Below, piece by piece: positions 1 to 8,593 of a DNA stretch of 64,000 nt (position 1 is the stretch's first letter; each line of letters starts with the position of its first letter). Both the position numbers and the translations under genes were made by a program. The DNA is from an uncultured Acidobacteriota bacterium (GTDB taxonomy: Bacteria > Acidobacteriota > Thermoanaerobaculia > UBA5066 > Gp7-AA6). The stretch lies in contig CAWDEF010000001.1 in the NCBI GenBank assembly GCA_963801275.1, positions 522,162 through 586,161 of the forward strand, written 5' to 3'. The notes below the pieces were generated by a model. The model was not told where the DNA came from. It saw only the letters and a list, made by a program, of their open reading frames with translations, and ran no database searches.

Positions 1-1215
1 CGGCAGCGGCTTCTGCCCCTCGCAGAGGATCGCCAGAGGCTCGCCGACCTCGACGCGATCCCCGACTGTCTTCTCGACCAGGAAGCCCGCAGCCGGATCG
101 ACTTCGTCTTCGCGCCGCCTCCTCCCGCATCCGATGTCGACCGAGAGGTACCCCATCCGTTCCGTCGCGATCGCGCGGACGAATCCGGATTGTGCCGCGA
201 GGGCAGGAGTCCGGGCCCTCGGTTGCGGGAGCCGTGCCGGATTCTCCACGACACGGGGGTCTCCTCCCTGAGCCTCGATCAGCCGCTCGAGGACCCGCGC
301 CGCCCGGCCGGAGGCGATTGCGGCCGAAAGGCGCTCCCGGGCGGCCGCCTCGAGCAGGTCGGGCTCGGCGAGGGCCAGCATGTCGGCCCCGAGCAGGAGG
401 GAAAGGCTGCGCACCCCCTCGGGCCCTTCGCCCCGCAGCACGCGAATGGCCTCCTCGGCCTCCAGAGCGTTGCCCACCGCACGGCCGAGAGGGCGGCTCA
501 TGTCCGTGATCCAGCCCGAGGCCTGGCGTCCTGCCGCCCGGGTTGTTTCCACGAGTGAAGAGCCGAGGGCCCGCGACTCCTCGACCGTCTTCATGAAGGC
601 CCCGTCGCCCGTCTTCACGTCGAAGACGATGCCGGTCGTGCCGGACGCAAGCTTCTTCGAGAGGATCGACGCGGTGATGAGGGCGAGCGACTCGACCGTC
701 CCCGTCACGTCCCGCAGCGAGTAGAGAATCCGGTCGGCGGGTGCGATTGCGTCGGTCTGCGCGAAGAGCGCCGCACCCACCTTCTGGAGGACTTGCCGCA
801 CGCGCTGCAGATCCAGGTCGGTCCGGAAGCCCGGAATCGCGGCGAGCTTGTCGAGCGTGCCCCCCGTGTGTCCAAGGCCCCTTCCCGACATCATCGCGAC
901 CCGCGCGCCGGCGGCCGCCACGAGGGGTGCCAGCACCAGCGTCACCTTGTCGCCGACGCCTCCGGTCGAATGCTTGTCCACGACCGGGGCGAGATCCGAG
1001 AGATCCCACTTCTCCCCGGAATCCCGCATCGCCTCGGTCAGGGCGGCCGCCTCGGTGGCGGAGAGACCGTTGATCATCGCCGCCATGAGGAACGCCGCCG
1101 CCTGGTAGTCGGCGACGGCGCCGGAGACGACGCCCGAGATCAGGTGTGCGATCTCCTCGCGCGGAAGCTCCTCGCCGTCGCGCTTGGCCCGCAGAATCTC
1201 GTAGACGGACCTCAC
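1..1215 (-). CDS. pdp: Pyrimidine-nucleoside/thymidine phosphorylase (3' end runs off the window)
   Basis: Not in the ORF track; translated by hand from GTG at 1215 (GTGA overlap with upstream stop): MRSVYEILRAKRDGEELPREEI...DKHSTGGVGDKVTLVLAP...MMSGRGLGHTGGTLDKL, the family signature. Confidence 0.93.
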   Translation of the reverse strand, partial: MRSVYEILRAKRDGEELPREEIAHLISGVVSGAVADYQAAAFLMAAMINGLSATEAAALTEAMRDSGEKWDLSDLAPVVDKHSTGGVGDKVTLVLAPLVAAAGARVAMMSGRGLGHTGGTLDKLAAIPGFRTDLDLQRVRQVLQKVGAALFAQTDAIAPADRILYSLRDVTGTVESLALITASILSKKLASGTTGIVFDVKTGDGAFMKTVEESRALGSSLVETTRAAGRQASGWITDMSRPLGRAVGNALEAEEAIRVLRGEGPEGVRSLSLLLGADMLALAEPDLLEAAARERLSAAIASGRAARVLERLIEAQGGDPRVVENPARLPQPRARTPALAAQSGFVRAIATERMGYLSVDIGCGRRRREDEVDPAAGFLVEKTVGDRVEVGEPLAILCEGQKPLP

Positions 1216-2672
1216 GAGGCTTTCTTCGAGGGCGAGAGCGAGCGCGCGACCCGCTTCCTCCAGCGGTCCGCCGCGTCGAGGATCGCCCGCGGGTCGAGGC
1301 TGGTCGGACGGCCCGCCGCCAGAAGGCGTCGCCCGTCCACCCAGACATCCGTCACGTCGGAAGCCTTGGCCGAATAGACCAGGGCCGAGTACACGTCGGT
1401 AAAGGGCGTCGCGTGCGCGTTGCGCACGTCTACCACGATCAGGTCCGCGCGCTTGCCGGGCTCGAGCGACCCGATCTTCCCGCCGAGGCCGAGCGCGCGA
1501 GCGCCGGAGCGGGTGGCGGCGACGATCAAATCCGGGGCCGGGAGAACCGTCGGGTCCAGAGTCGTGGCCTTGGCGAGCTTTCCGGCAACGTCCATCGCCT
1601 CGAACATCGACAGGTCGTTGTTGGAGCCCGGTCCGTCCGTTCCGATCGCCCAGAGCAGGCCCTCCTTCGCCATCGCGGCCACGGGAGCGATCCCGGAGGC
1701 GAGCTTCATGTTCGACTCGGGGTTGTGCGAGACGGCGACGCCACGCCTCTTGAGCAGGGCGCGCTCCTCCGCATCCACCCAGACGCAGTGCGCGGCCACG
1801 AGCGGGACCGCGCTCTTCCCGGATGCGCCTCCCAGGAACCCGATCCGGTCGAGGTACGCGACCTCGGAAACGCCCCACTTCGCCCGCGCCTCCTCCGCCT
1901 CCTTCCGGGTCTCCGCGACGTGAATCAAGATCGGCAGGCCGTCGCCGACCGCGAGCTCCCGCGCCGCGAGCAGGGTCTCTCGCGAGCACGTATAGGGCGC
2001 GTGGGGCGCCACCGCCGGAACGATTCGCGGATGACTCTTCCACTCCCGAAAGAAGGCCTGCGTGAACGCAATCGTCGAGGGCAGGTCCTTGTGGTCGGGC
2101 ACCGGAAAGTCGATGAAGGTCTCGCCCAGGACCGCGCGCATGCCCGCCTCGTCCACCGCGCGGGCGGCGTCGCCCTCGAAGTAATACATGTCGGCGAAGG
2201 TCGTCGTGCCCCCCTGGATCATCTCGAGCGCCGCGAGGAGCGTCCCGTCGTACACGAACTGCGGCGAGACGTTCCTGGCCTCCGCCGGGAAGACGTGCTC
2301 GGAGAGCCAGAGATCGAGCGGAAGGTCGTCCGCGAGGCCTCGAAGCAGCGTCATCGCGGCGTGCGTGTGCGTGTTGACGAGGCCCGGCAGGACGATTTTG
2401 CCCGCGGCCTCGAAGATCGTCTGTGCCGAGAAGCGAGAGGAGAGGTCCGCCGTGGGCCCGACCGCCACGATCACGCCGTCATTGACCGCGAGGGCTCCCG
2501 GATCGAAGACCGACAGCCGCCTGTCGACCGTCACGAGGCGCGCGTTGACGATGAGCAGATCCACCGGCTCTTTCCCCGCGGGCGAGGCGGCCAGGGCGAC
2601 CAGCGCGAGAAGAGACGCGATTCCGGCGAGGCGGACCGCCGCCCTCCGGACGTTCTGCCGGTCTTTCGTCAA
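1212..2672 (-). CDS. mtaD: Amidohydrolase, MTA/SAH (nucleoside) deaminase family, with predicted N-terminal signal peptide
   Basis: Metal motifs PGLVNTHTH, HVAET, AAHCVW, SHNPESNMKLASG, GTDG; basic and hydrophobic N-terminus; TTG start in a TTGA overlap. Confidence 0.85.
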   Translation of the reverse strand: MTKDRQNVRRAAVRLAGIASLLALVALAASPAGKEPVDLLIVNARLVTVDRRLSVFDPGALAVNDGVIVAVGPTADLSSRFSAQTIFEAAGKIVLPGLVNTHTHAAMTLLRGLADDLPLDLWLSEHVFPAEARNVSPQFVYDGTLLAALEMIQGGTTTFADMYYFEGDAARAVDEAGMRAVLGETFIDFPVPDHKDLPSTIAFTQAFFREWKSHPRIVPAVAPHAPYTCSRETLLAARELAVGDGLPILIHVAETRKEAEEARAKWGVSEVAYLDRIGFLGGASGKSAVPLVAAHCVWVDAEERALLKRRGVAVSHNPESNMKLASGIAPVAAMAKEGLLWAIGTDGPGSNNDLSMFEAMDVAGKLAKATTLDPTVLPAPDLIVAATRSGARALGLGGKIGSLEPGKRADLIVVDVRNAHATPFTDVYSALVYSAKASDVTDVWVDGRRLLAAGRPTSLDPRAILDAADRWRKRVARSLSPSKKAS

Positions 2673-3526
2673 CGGCTCTCCTTCCCCGCGGCTTCCGCGA
2701 CTCGCGGCACGAGCGCCGTCAGCAGAGACGCGAACCGCTTGCCCACACTTCGAGTCACCGCCAGGACTTCCGCGTGCACGAGCGGCTTCGGCAGAATTCC
2801 CGCGGCCATGTTCGTGATCGTCGAGAGGCCGAGCACGCGCACGCCCGCATGCGAGAGCGCGATCGCCTCGGGAACGGTCGACATCCCCACGGCGTCGGCC
2901 CCCAGGCGCGCGAAGGCCCGGATCTCGGCCGGTGTCTCGTAGGAGGGGCCGGGAACGCCGAGGTAGACGCCTTCCTTCAGGGGGATCCGCAGGCGCCGCG
3001 CCACGCTCCGGGCCAGGCGGCGCAGGTCCTCGTCGTAGATGGCGCTCATGTCGGGAAATCGCGGTCCGAGCTCGTCCTCGTTCTCCCCGATCAACGGGTT
3101 CGTTCCGAAGAGATTGATGTGATCCGAGATCAGCATCAGATCTCCGGGATGAAGACTCCGACGAATTCCCCCGGCGGCGTTGGTCAGAATAACCGCTCGA
3201 ACGCCGAGCCTCGCGAGGAGGCGGATCGGGAAGATCACCTCCGACATTTCCCGCCCCTCGTAAAAGTGCACGCGGCCCGAGAGCACCACGACGGGGGTCT
3301 CGCCCACACGACCAAGGACGAGCTCGCCCGCGTGGCCGACCACTCCCGTCGGCCTCGGAAAGTGCGGGATCTTCCCGTAGGCAATGACCGTTCGACCGGC
3401 GAGGCCTCCCGCGAAGACGCCGAGTCCGGAGCCCAGAACCACGCCCACGACGGGAGTCGGAGCCCCCGCCCGCCGAACGCTCGCGGCCGCTTTGTCGAGG
3501 CGCGAGAGCCGGACGTCCGGTCCCAT
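2669..3526 (-). CDS. punA: Purine-nucleoside phosphorylase (trimeric PNP I type)
   Basis: VVLGSGLG, GHAGELV, GRVHFYEG, TNAAGG, GPSYETPAE, VGMSTVPE, ITNMAAG motifs. Confidence 0.95.
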   Translation of the reverse strand: MGPDVRLSRLDKAAASVRRAGAPTPVVGVVLGSGLGVFAGGLAGRTVIAYGKIPHFPRPTGVVGHAGELVLGRVGETPVVVLSGRVHFYEGREMSEVIFPIRLLARLGVRAVILTNAAGGIRRSLHPGDLMLISDHINLFGTNPLIGENEDELGPRFPDMSAIYDEDLRRLARSVARRLRIPLKEGVYLGVPGPSYETPAEIRAFARLGADAVGMSTVPEAIALSHAGVRVLGLSTITNMAAGILPKPLVHAEVLAVTRSVGKRFASLLTALVPRVAEAAGKESR

Positions 3527-3527
3527 C

Positions 3528-4775
3528 CTACGGGCCGTAGATCATCCCGGCGATCGCTGCCGTCATGAAGCTGACGAGCGATCCGGCCAGCAGGGCGCGA
3601 AACCCCAGGCGCGCCAGGTCCGACTTGCGGCCGGGGGCGAGCCCTCCGATCCCCCCGATCTGGATCCCGATCGAGGCGAAGTTGGCGAAACCGCACAGAG
3701 CGAAGGTGGCAATCAGCTTGCCCTTCTCCGAGAGCTGGCCCGCCACGTCCTTCATCATCGCGAAGGCAAAAAACTCGTTGATCACCGTCTTGTTGGCGAT
3801 CAGGTTGCCGACGACCGCGGCGTCCTGCCGGGGCGCTCCCAGCAGGTATGCCAGGGGGCCGAGCGCCCACCCGAAAACCGTCTGAAGCTCGAAGCCGGGC
3901 CGCCCGAAGAGTCCGCCGAGCCAGCCGAGCAGACCATTGAGCATCGCGATCAGCGCCACGAACGCGATGAGCATCGCCGAGATGTTCAGGACGAGGATCA
4001 TCCCCTGCGAGGCCCCCGAGGCCGCGGCGTCGATGAAATTGGCGCTCGTCCTCTCCACATGAACCCGCACCGAACCCATCGTTGCGGGCTCCTCGGTCTC
4101 CGGCCACAGGATCTTGGCGATCAGAAATGTTCCCGGCGCGGCCATCACCGAAGCCGTGATCAGGTATTTCAGCGGCGCGCCCATCGTCGCATAGGCCAGC
4201 ATCACGGCCCCGGAGATGTGCGCCATGCCTCCCGTCATCAGGGTGAGCAGCTCCGAAGTCGTCATCTTCGAGATGTACGGAGCGATCAACACGGGCGCCT
4301 CGGTCTGCCCGATGAAGACGTTGGCGGCGACACAGAGAGCCTCCGCGCCCGAAACACGCATCGTCTTCTGCATGACCCAGGCCATGCCGCGAACGAGCAG
4401 CTGGATCAGGCCGAAGTGGTAGAGGATCGAGAAGAAGGCGCAGATGAAGATGATGATCGGGAGGACCTTGAAGGCGAAGATGTAGCCGGCGACCGGCATC
4501 CCCACCTTCCGGCCGAAGGAATCCATTGGGCCCGCGAGCCAGCCGAAGAGAAACGCGGCACTGCGATCCGCGTAGCCGACGGCGTTGGCCACCCCATTGG
4601 AGAATGCCTCGAGGCCGGCCTTTCCCGTCTCCCAGGAGAGCACCAGGAACGCGAAGAGCAGCTGCAGAGCGAAGGCCCACCCGACGGTGCGCCATCGGAT
4701 GGCTCGGCGATTGCGGGACAGCAGCAGCGAGGTGCCGAGGATCACGGCCAGTCCCACCAGGCCGATCCAGCGCAT
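3528..4775 (-). CDS. nupC: NupC/CNT family concentrative nucleoside transporter
   Basis: Multi-TM; FAFKVLPIIIF, ANVFIGQTEAP, INEF, LCGFANFASIGIQIGG CNT signatures. Confidence 0.95.
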   Translation of the reverse strand: MRWIGLVGLAVILGTSLLLSRNRRAIRWRTVGWAFALQLLFAFLVLSWETGKAGLEAFSNGVANAVGYADRSAAFLFGWLAGPMDSFGRKVGMPVAGYIFAFKVLPIIIFICAFFSILYHFGLIQLLVRGMAWVMQKTMRVSGAEALCVAANVFIGQTEAPVLIAPYISKMTTSELLTLMTGGMAHISGAVMLAYATMGAPLKYLITASVMAAPGTFLIAKILWPETEEPATMGSVRVHVERTSANFIDAAASGASQGMILVLNISAMLIAFVALIAMLNGLLGWLGGLFGRPGFELQTVFGWALGPLAYLLGAPRQDAAVVGNLIANKTVINEFFAFAMMKDVAGQLSEKGKLIATFALCGFANFASIGIQIGGIGGLAPGRKSDLARLGFRALLAGSLVSFMTAAIAGMIYGP

Positions 4776-4790
4776 GTCCTTCCTCCGCCC

Positions 4791-5948
4791 TCAGAAACGC
4801 GCCCGGCGCGCCTCGAAGTGGCGCCCGCGCCAGGTCAAACGCTTCGATACGAAACGGCGATACAAGGATCGGACGAGAATTCCGAACCAGATCGAAACCA
4901 TTATAGGGTTGGCCAGACCGGGCCAGAGCGGGTCGCCGAGCGCGCCGGCCAGGACCATCCGAGCGAGCACGGCGACGGCGAGCCCGACGGCCGCCAAACC
5001 CACGTCCGCGGGCAGAAGGGAGACACCGGCAGCGGCGGAAACGAGGACCGCCGCCGGCAGGAGTGCGGTCGCGAGCGTCAGTGCCGTCATCGCGAAGACC
5101 ACCACGCCCGCCGCGCCCCGGTAGATGTAGGCGACGTTCTTCGTGAACCCGTCGAAGATCTCCCGGAATCCTCGGTACATCCGAACGGCGATGCGGTCCT
5201 CCGCGCGCACGACTTCGAAGCGGTGTCCCGCGCTCTTCACCGTGAATCCCAGCCGCACGTCGTCTACGACCGAGTCGCGAAGCGCCGCGTGCCCTCCCAC
5301 CGCGTCGTAGACGCGCCGCCGGACGAGGTTGCCGGCGCCGCCCCCCGCCGCGATCCACCGCGGGCGAGGCCAGTTCGCGAGGAAGCCGGGAGCCTGGAAG
5401 AAAGCCACCAGCAGGTACGGCATCAGCACGTTTTCCCAGAATCCCCGCATCTCGATGCGCGGCAGCAGGACCAGAAAGTCGAGCCGGCGCGCCTCGAGAT
5501 ACGACACCGCTTCGGAAAGCGCCCGGGAGTCGTAGCGGACGTCGGCGTCGACGAAAAGAAGGAGCTCCCCGGAAGCCGCCGCGGCGCCCTGTGCCAGGGC
5601 ATGGGGCTTGCCGAGCCAGCCCGGCGGAGGTTCGACGCCCCGCAGGACCCTCAGCCGCGGATTCTCGCGGGAGAGCCGTTCGAGGATCGCGCCCGTGCCG
5701 TCGGTCGAACGGTCTTCGACGACGATGACCTCGAAGTCTGGATAGCGTTGCGAGAGCTGGGACCGCACCCCCGCCTCGATGTCCCTTTCCTCGTTGCGAG
5801 CCGGCACCACGACCGATACCCGCGGTGCCGTGCCTGCGGGAGCCCGCGAGGCGACCGACAGGCGCGGAATCAGGAGCAGATTGACGAGCAGGAGGAAGAG
5901 GCCTGCGGCACAGACGAGGACGGAGACGGCAAGGGAGGCATGCAGCAC
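4791..5948 (-). CDS. Membrane glycosyltransferase family 2 (CrtQ/HpnB-like)
   Basis: VSVVVPARNEE, EDRSTDGT, GWLGKPHA, FVDAD, VVDDVRL, RMYRG; N- and C-terminal TM helices. Confidence 0.88.
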   Translation of the reverse strand: MLHASLAVSVLVCAAGLFLLLVNLLLIPRLSVASRAPAGTAPRVSVVVPARNEERDIEAGVRSQLSQRYPDFEVIVVEDRSTDGTGAILERLSRENPRLRVLRGVEPPPGWLGKPHALAQGAAAASGELLLFVDADVRYDSRALSEAVSYLEARRLDFLVLLPRIEMRGFWENVLMPYLLVAFFQAPGFLANWPRPRWIAAGGGAGNLVRRRVYDAVGGHAALRDSVVDDVRLGFTVKSAGHRFEVVRAEDRIAVRMYRGFREIFDGFTKNVAYIYRGAAGVVVFAMTALTLATALLPAAVLVSAAAGVSLLPADVGLAAVGLAVAVLARMVLAGALGDPLWPGLANPIMVSIWFGILVRSLYRRFVSKRLTWRGRHFEARRARF

Positions 5949-5957
5949 GGGGTAGTC

Positions 5958-7118
5958 CTACCGCAGCAGCCGGTCGAGCAGACTCTCTCCTCGGGGCGCG
6001 GGAACGCCGAGCCACCCGCCGGCGGTCGCCGAGACGTCGCAGAATCCGCGCCGTATCCCGAGATCCAACTCCTCACGGACGGCTGGTCCCGCGGCGAGCA
6101 GGGGCACGTATTCCCGGGTGTGGTCGGTCGAAAGGTCCGTGGTCTCGCATCCGTGGTCGCCGGACAGAAAGAGAAGGTCCTCGGGGCGAAGCGCTTCGAG
6201 CAATTCCGGGATCGCGGCGTCCAGCACCGCCAGGGCCCGGGCGAAACCCGCGGGGTCGTTGCGGTGTCCGTACCGGCTGTCGAAGTCGACCAGGTTCGTG
6301 AAGACGAAATCCCACCGCCCGGCGCGGATCTCACGCAGCGTCACGCGCAACCCTTCCTCGTCCGAGCCCGTGTGGACGGCGTCGCTGATCCCGCGCCCCG
6401 CGAAGATGTCGACGATCTTGCCGACGCCGAAGACCCGCCGCCCGGCGGCGGCGAGGCGGTCGAGCCAGGTTTCGCCGTCGGGCTCGACGGAGAAGTCCCG
6501 CCGGTTCGCGGTCCGGCGGAAGCTTCCGGGCCGCCCCGTGAAGGGACGTGCGATCACGCGCCCGACGCGATGTTCACCCGTCAGAAGCGTGCGGGCGAAC
6601 CGGCAGAGCTCCCAGAGGCGTTCCACCGGCCAGACGCCCTCATGCGCCGCGACCTGGAAGACCGAGTCGCCCGAGGTGTAGAGAATCGGGCGCCCGGTGG
6701 CCAGGTGCTCGGCGCCGAGCTCCTCCAGGATCACGGTGCCTGAGGCGGCCCTGTTGCCGAGCACCTTCCGCCCCGCACGCGCCTCGAAGGGTTCGACGAT
6801 CTCGGGCGGAAATCCCCCGGGGTAGACGGGAAACGGACACTCGACGACCAGACCCATCATTTCCCAGTGGCCGGTCGTCGTGTCCTTGCCGGCCGAGAGC
6901 TCCTGCATCTTTCCGCGGACGCCGGAGGGACGGCCCATGCCCACGAGCGAGGTCAGGCCAAGGCGCTCCAGGTTCGGGAGGGGCAGCGGATGCCGCTCCA
7001 GGACGTGCCGCAGCGTATCGCTGCCCGCGTCTCCGTAGGCCTCGGCGTCCGGCGCGGCCCCGACTCCCAGACCGTCACAGACAATGAGAGCGCAGCGGCG
7101 CGGGAACGAGGATCTCAC
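5958..7118 (-). CDS. deoB: Phosphopentomutase
   Basis: DGLGVGAAPDA, GKDTTTGHWE, YTSGDSVFQ, RVIARPF, NLVDFDSRYGHRND, DHGC, HTREYVP. Confidence 0.95.
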   Translation of the reverse strand: MRSSFPRRCALIVCDGLGVGAAPDAEAYGDAGSDTLRHVLERHPLPLPNLERLGLTSLVGMGRPSGVRGKMQELSAGKDTTTGHWEMMGLVVECPFPVYPGGFPPEIVEPFEARAGRKVLGNRAASGTVILEELGAEHLATGRPILYTSGDSVFQVAAHEGVWPVERLWELCRFARTLLTGEHRVGRVIARPFTGRPGSFRRTANRRDFSVEPDGETWLDRLAAAGRRVFGVGKIVDIFAGRGISDAVHTGSDEEGLRVTLREIRAGRWDFVFTNLVDFDSRYGHRNDPAGFARALAVLDAAIPELLEALRPEDLLFLSGDHGCETTDLSTDHTREYVPLLAAGPAVREELDLGIRRGFCDVSATAGGWLGVPAPRGESLLDRLLR

Positions 7119-7183
7119 CTCGTCATCCGGTCGGCGCCTCTGCGGAGAGCGTTTCTAATACGGCTCGGCTTCAGCCCGCAGCA

Positions 7184-7882
7184 CTAGCCGTTGGGCAGTT
7201 TTTGACGGGCGTCCGGGCGATACGGGGAGTTGGGATAGTCGTTAACGATCCGCTGGTAGGTGGCGCGCGCATCGGAGGAGGCGCCGTTGCCCTCGTAGAT
7301 CTCTGCCAGGGTATAGAGGAGCGCGTCCTTCGGAACCGTGGCAGAGGGCGACTCGATGGCCCGTTTCAACCGCTCGATCGCCTCCGTCGCCTTGCCCTGC
7401 GAGGCCAGTAGCCTGGCGGCATCGATTTCGGCGGCCGCCGCGATCTCCGCCCTGGCATCCCGGGCCGCGCGCGTGAATGTCTCTTCGGCCTCGCCGGGCT
7501 TTTCGGCTCGGGCCGCGAGAATCACCGCCGCGGCCCGTCCCGCCGCCGTCCCCCCGTAGGAGGAGGCCCTGTGGAAGTGCTCGTCCGCCGCCCGGTCCCT
7601 GGCAGGCGCGGTGACATAGGTCGCCGAGGCGGCGGCGGCACCGGGATCCGTCGCGAGCGGCGCCTGGAGGGCCGCGAGCCCGGCCGACAGCTCCCGCCCC
7701 GCGCGTCCCTCCCGATATCCCTTCACTGCGAAGAAACCGGCGGCCAGGACGGCGACACCCACGGCAATCGCGATCCCCTCGGTGACGCCGCGGCGGTGAG
7801 AGGCGACGTAGTCTACGGTCCGGCCGACTGTGTCGACCAGATCGTTTCGTTTCAAGTCCTTGCGGGAAATCTTCTCGTTCAT
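7184..7882 (-). CDS. Membrane-anchored tetratricopeptide repeat protein (YfgM-like)
   Basis: Start set at MNEKISRKDLKRND; one TM segment, then Ala-rich TPR helices ending YQRIVNDYPNSPY. Confidence 0.75.
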   Translation of the reverse strand: MNEKISRKDLKRNDLVDTVGRTVDYVASHRRGVTEGIAIAVGVAVLAAGFFAVKGYREGRAGRELSAGLAALQAPLATDPGAAAASATYVTAPARDRAADEHFHRASSYGGTAAGRAAAVILAARAEKPGEAEETFTRAARDARAEIAAAAEIDAARLLASQGKATEAIERLKRAIESPSATVPKDALLYTLAEIYEGNGASSDARATYQRIVNDYPNSPYRPDARQKLPNG

Positions 7883-7942
7883 CCCGCCGATTATCGTCGA
7901 CCGGCACAAACCGCGTCAATGCGGACGCTATACTCGAAGGCG

Positions 7943-8536
7943 GTGTCTGACCAGATCGAGATCACCGGCGAGCCGCAGGGCGGCGGCGAGAGATGCCGGT
8001 TCCTCGTGGACCGCCCGGTCGTTGCCGACGGTTCTGCATTCTTCCGGGCCGCCGAAGACGCTTCCCGGCACTCCCCGCTGGCCGCCGAGCTGCTCGGCAT
8101 TGCCGGTGTCGAATCCGTGCTCCTGTCGGAGAACGTCGTGACGGTCACGGCAGCCCATGCGGTGGACTGGCCGGCGCTCGGCATCGGCCACCTCATCCGC
8201 AAGCACCTGCGGGCGGCGGCTCCGATCATCGAGCCGGCGTACTTCCAGAACCTCCCGTCGGAGGGTGACCTCAAGTGGGCCATCGGCGATCTGCTCGAGC
8301 GCGAGATCAATCCGGCGGTCGGCCAGCATGGAGGCTGGGTCGAGCTGATCGATGTCAAGAAGAACAACGTCTACCTGCGCCTCGGAGGCGGCTGCCAGGG
8401 CTGCGGCGCCGCCGACGTGACCCTCAAGCAGGGAATCGAGAGGGCGATCCGGGATCTCGCGCCGGGCGTCGGGGAAATCCTCGACACGACCGACCACGCC
8501 TCGGGCAGAAATCCCTATTACTCGCCGGCAAAGTGA
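7943..8536 (+). CDS. nfuA: Nfu/NifU-family Fe-S cluster carrier
   Basis: GTG start at 7943; Nfu N-terminal domain (SPLAAELLGI..VESV) and NifU-C domain INPAVGQHGG..LGGGCQGC..TLKQGIE..TDHASGRNPYY. Confidence 0.88.
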   Translation: MSDQIEITGEPQGGGERCRFLVDRPVVADGSAFFRAAEDASRHSPLAAELLGIAGVESVLLSENVVTVTAAHAVDWPALGIGHLIRKHLRAAAPIIEPAYFQNLPSEGDLKWAIGDLLEREINPAVGQHGGWVELIDVKKNNVYLRLGGGCQGCGAADVTLKQGIERAIRDLAPGVGEILDTTDHASGRNPYYSPAK

Positions 8537-8590
8537 TTTTGCGCCGTCGAAGCCCCGCGCAAAATCATCCCGGGCGAAGCGAGGGATCCC
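8534..8590. repeat. Hairpin plus REP-like palindrome between convergent genes
   Basis: TGATTTTGCGC (8534-8544) pairs with GCGCAAAATCA (8557-8567); followed by TCATCCCGGGCGAAGCGAGGGATCCC (8565-8590). Confidence 0.55.
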
Positions 8591-8593
8591 GAG

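Noticed and set aside
3235-6743. Very long alternative ORFs (926 aa, 1119 aa) and similar ones elsewhere, e.g. 46853-49885 and 9835-12165
   Set aside because: Antisense or frame shadows of well-supported genes in high-GC DNA; R/P/G-rich with no domains.
1-7118. Hopanoid side-chain pathway (HpnG/HpnI-like) suggested by PNP plus GT2 plus deaminase
   Set aside because: The PNP is the ordinary trimeric PunA type, no shc or hpnH is present, and deoB, nupC and pdp point to nucleoside salvage.
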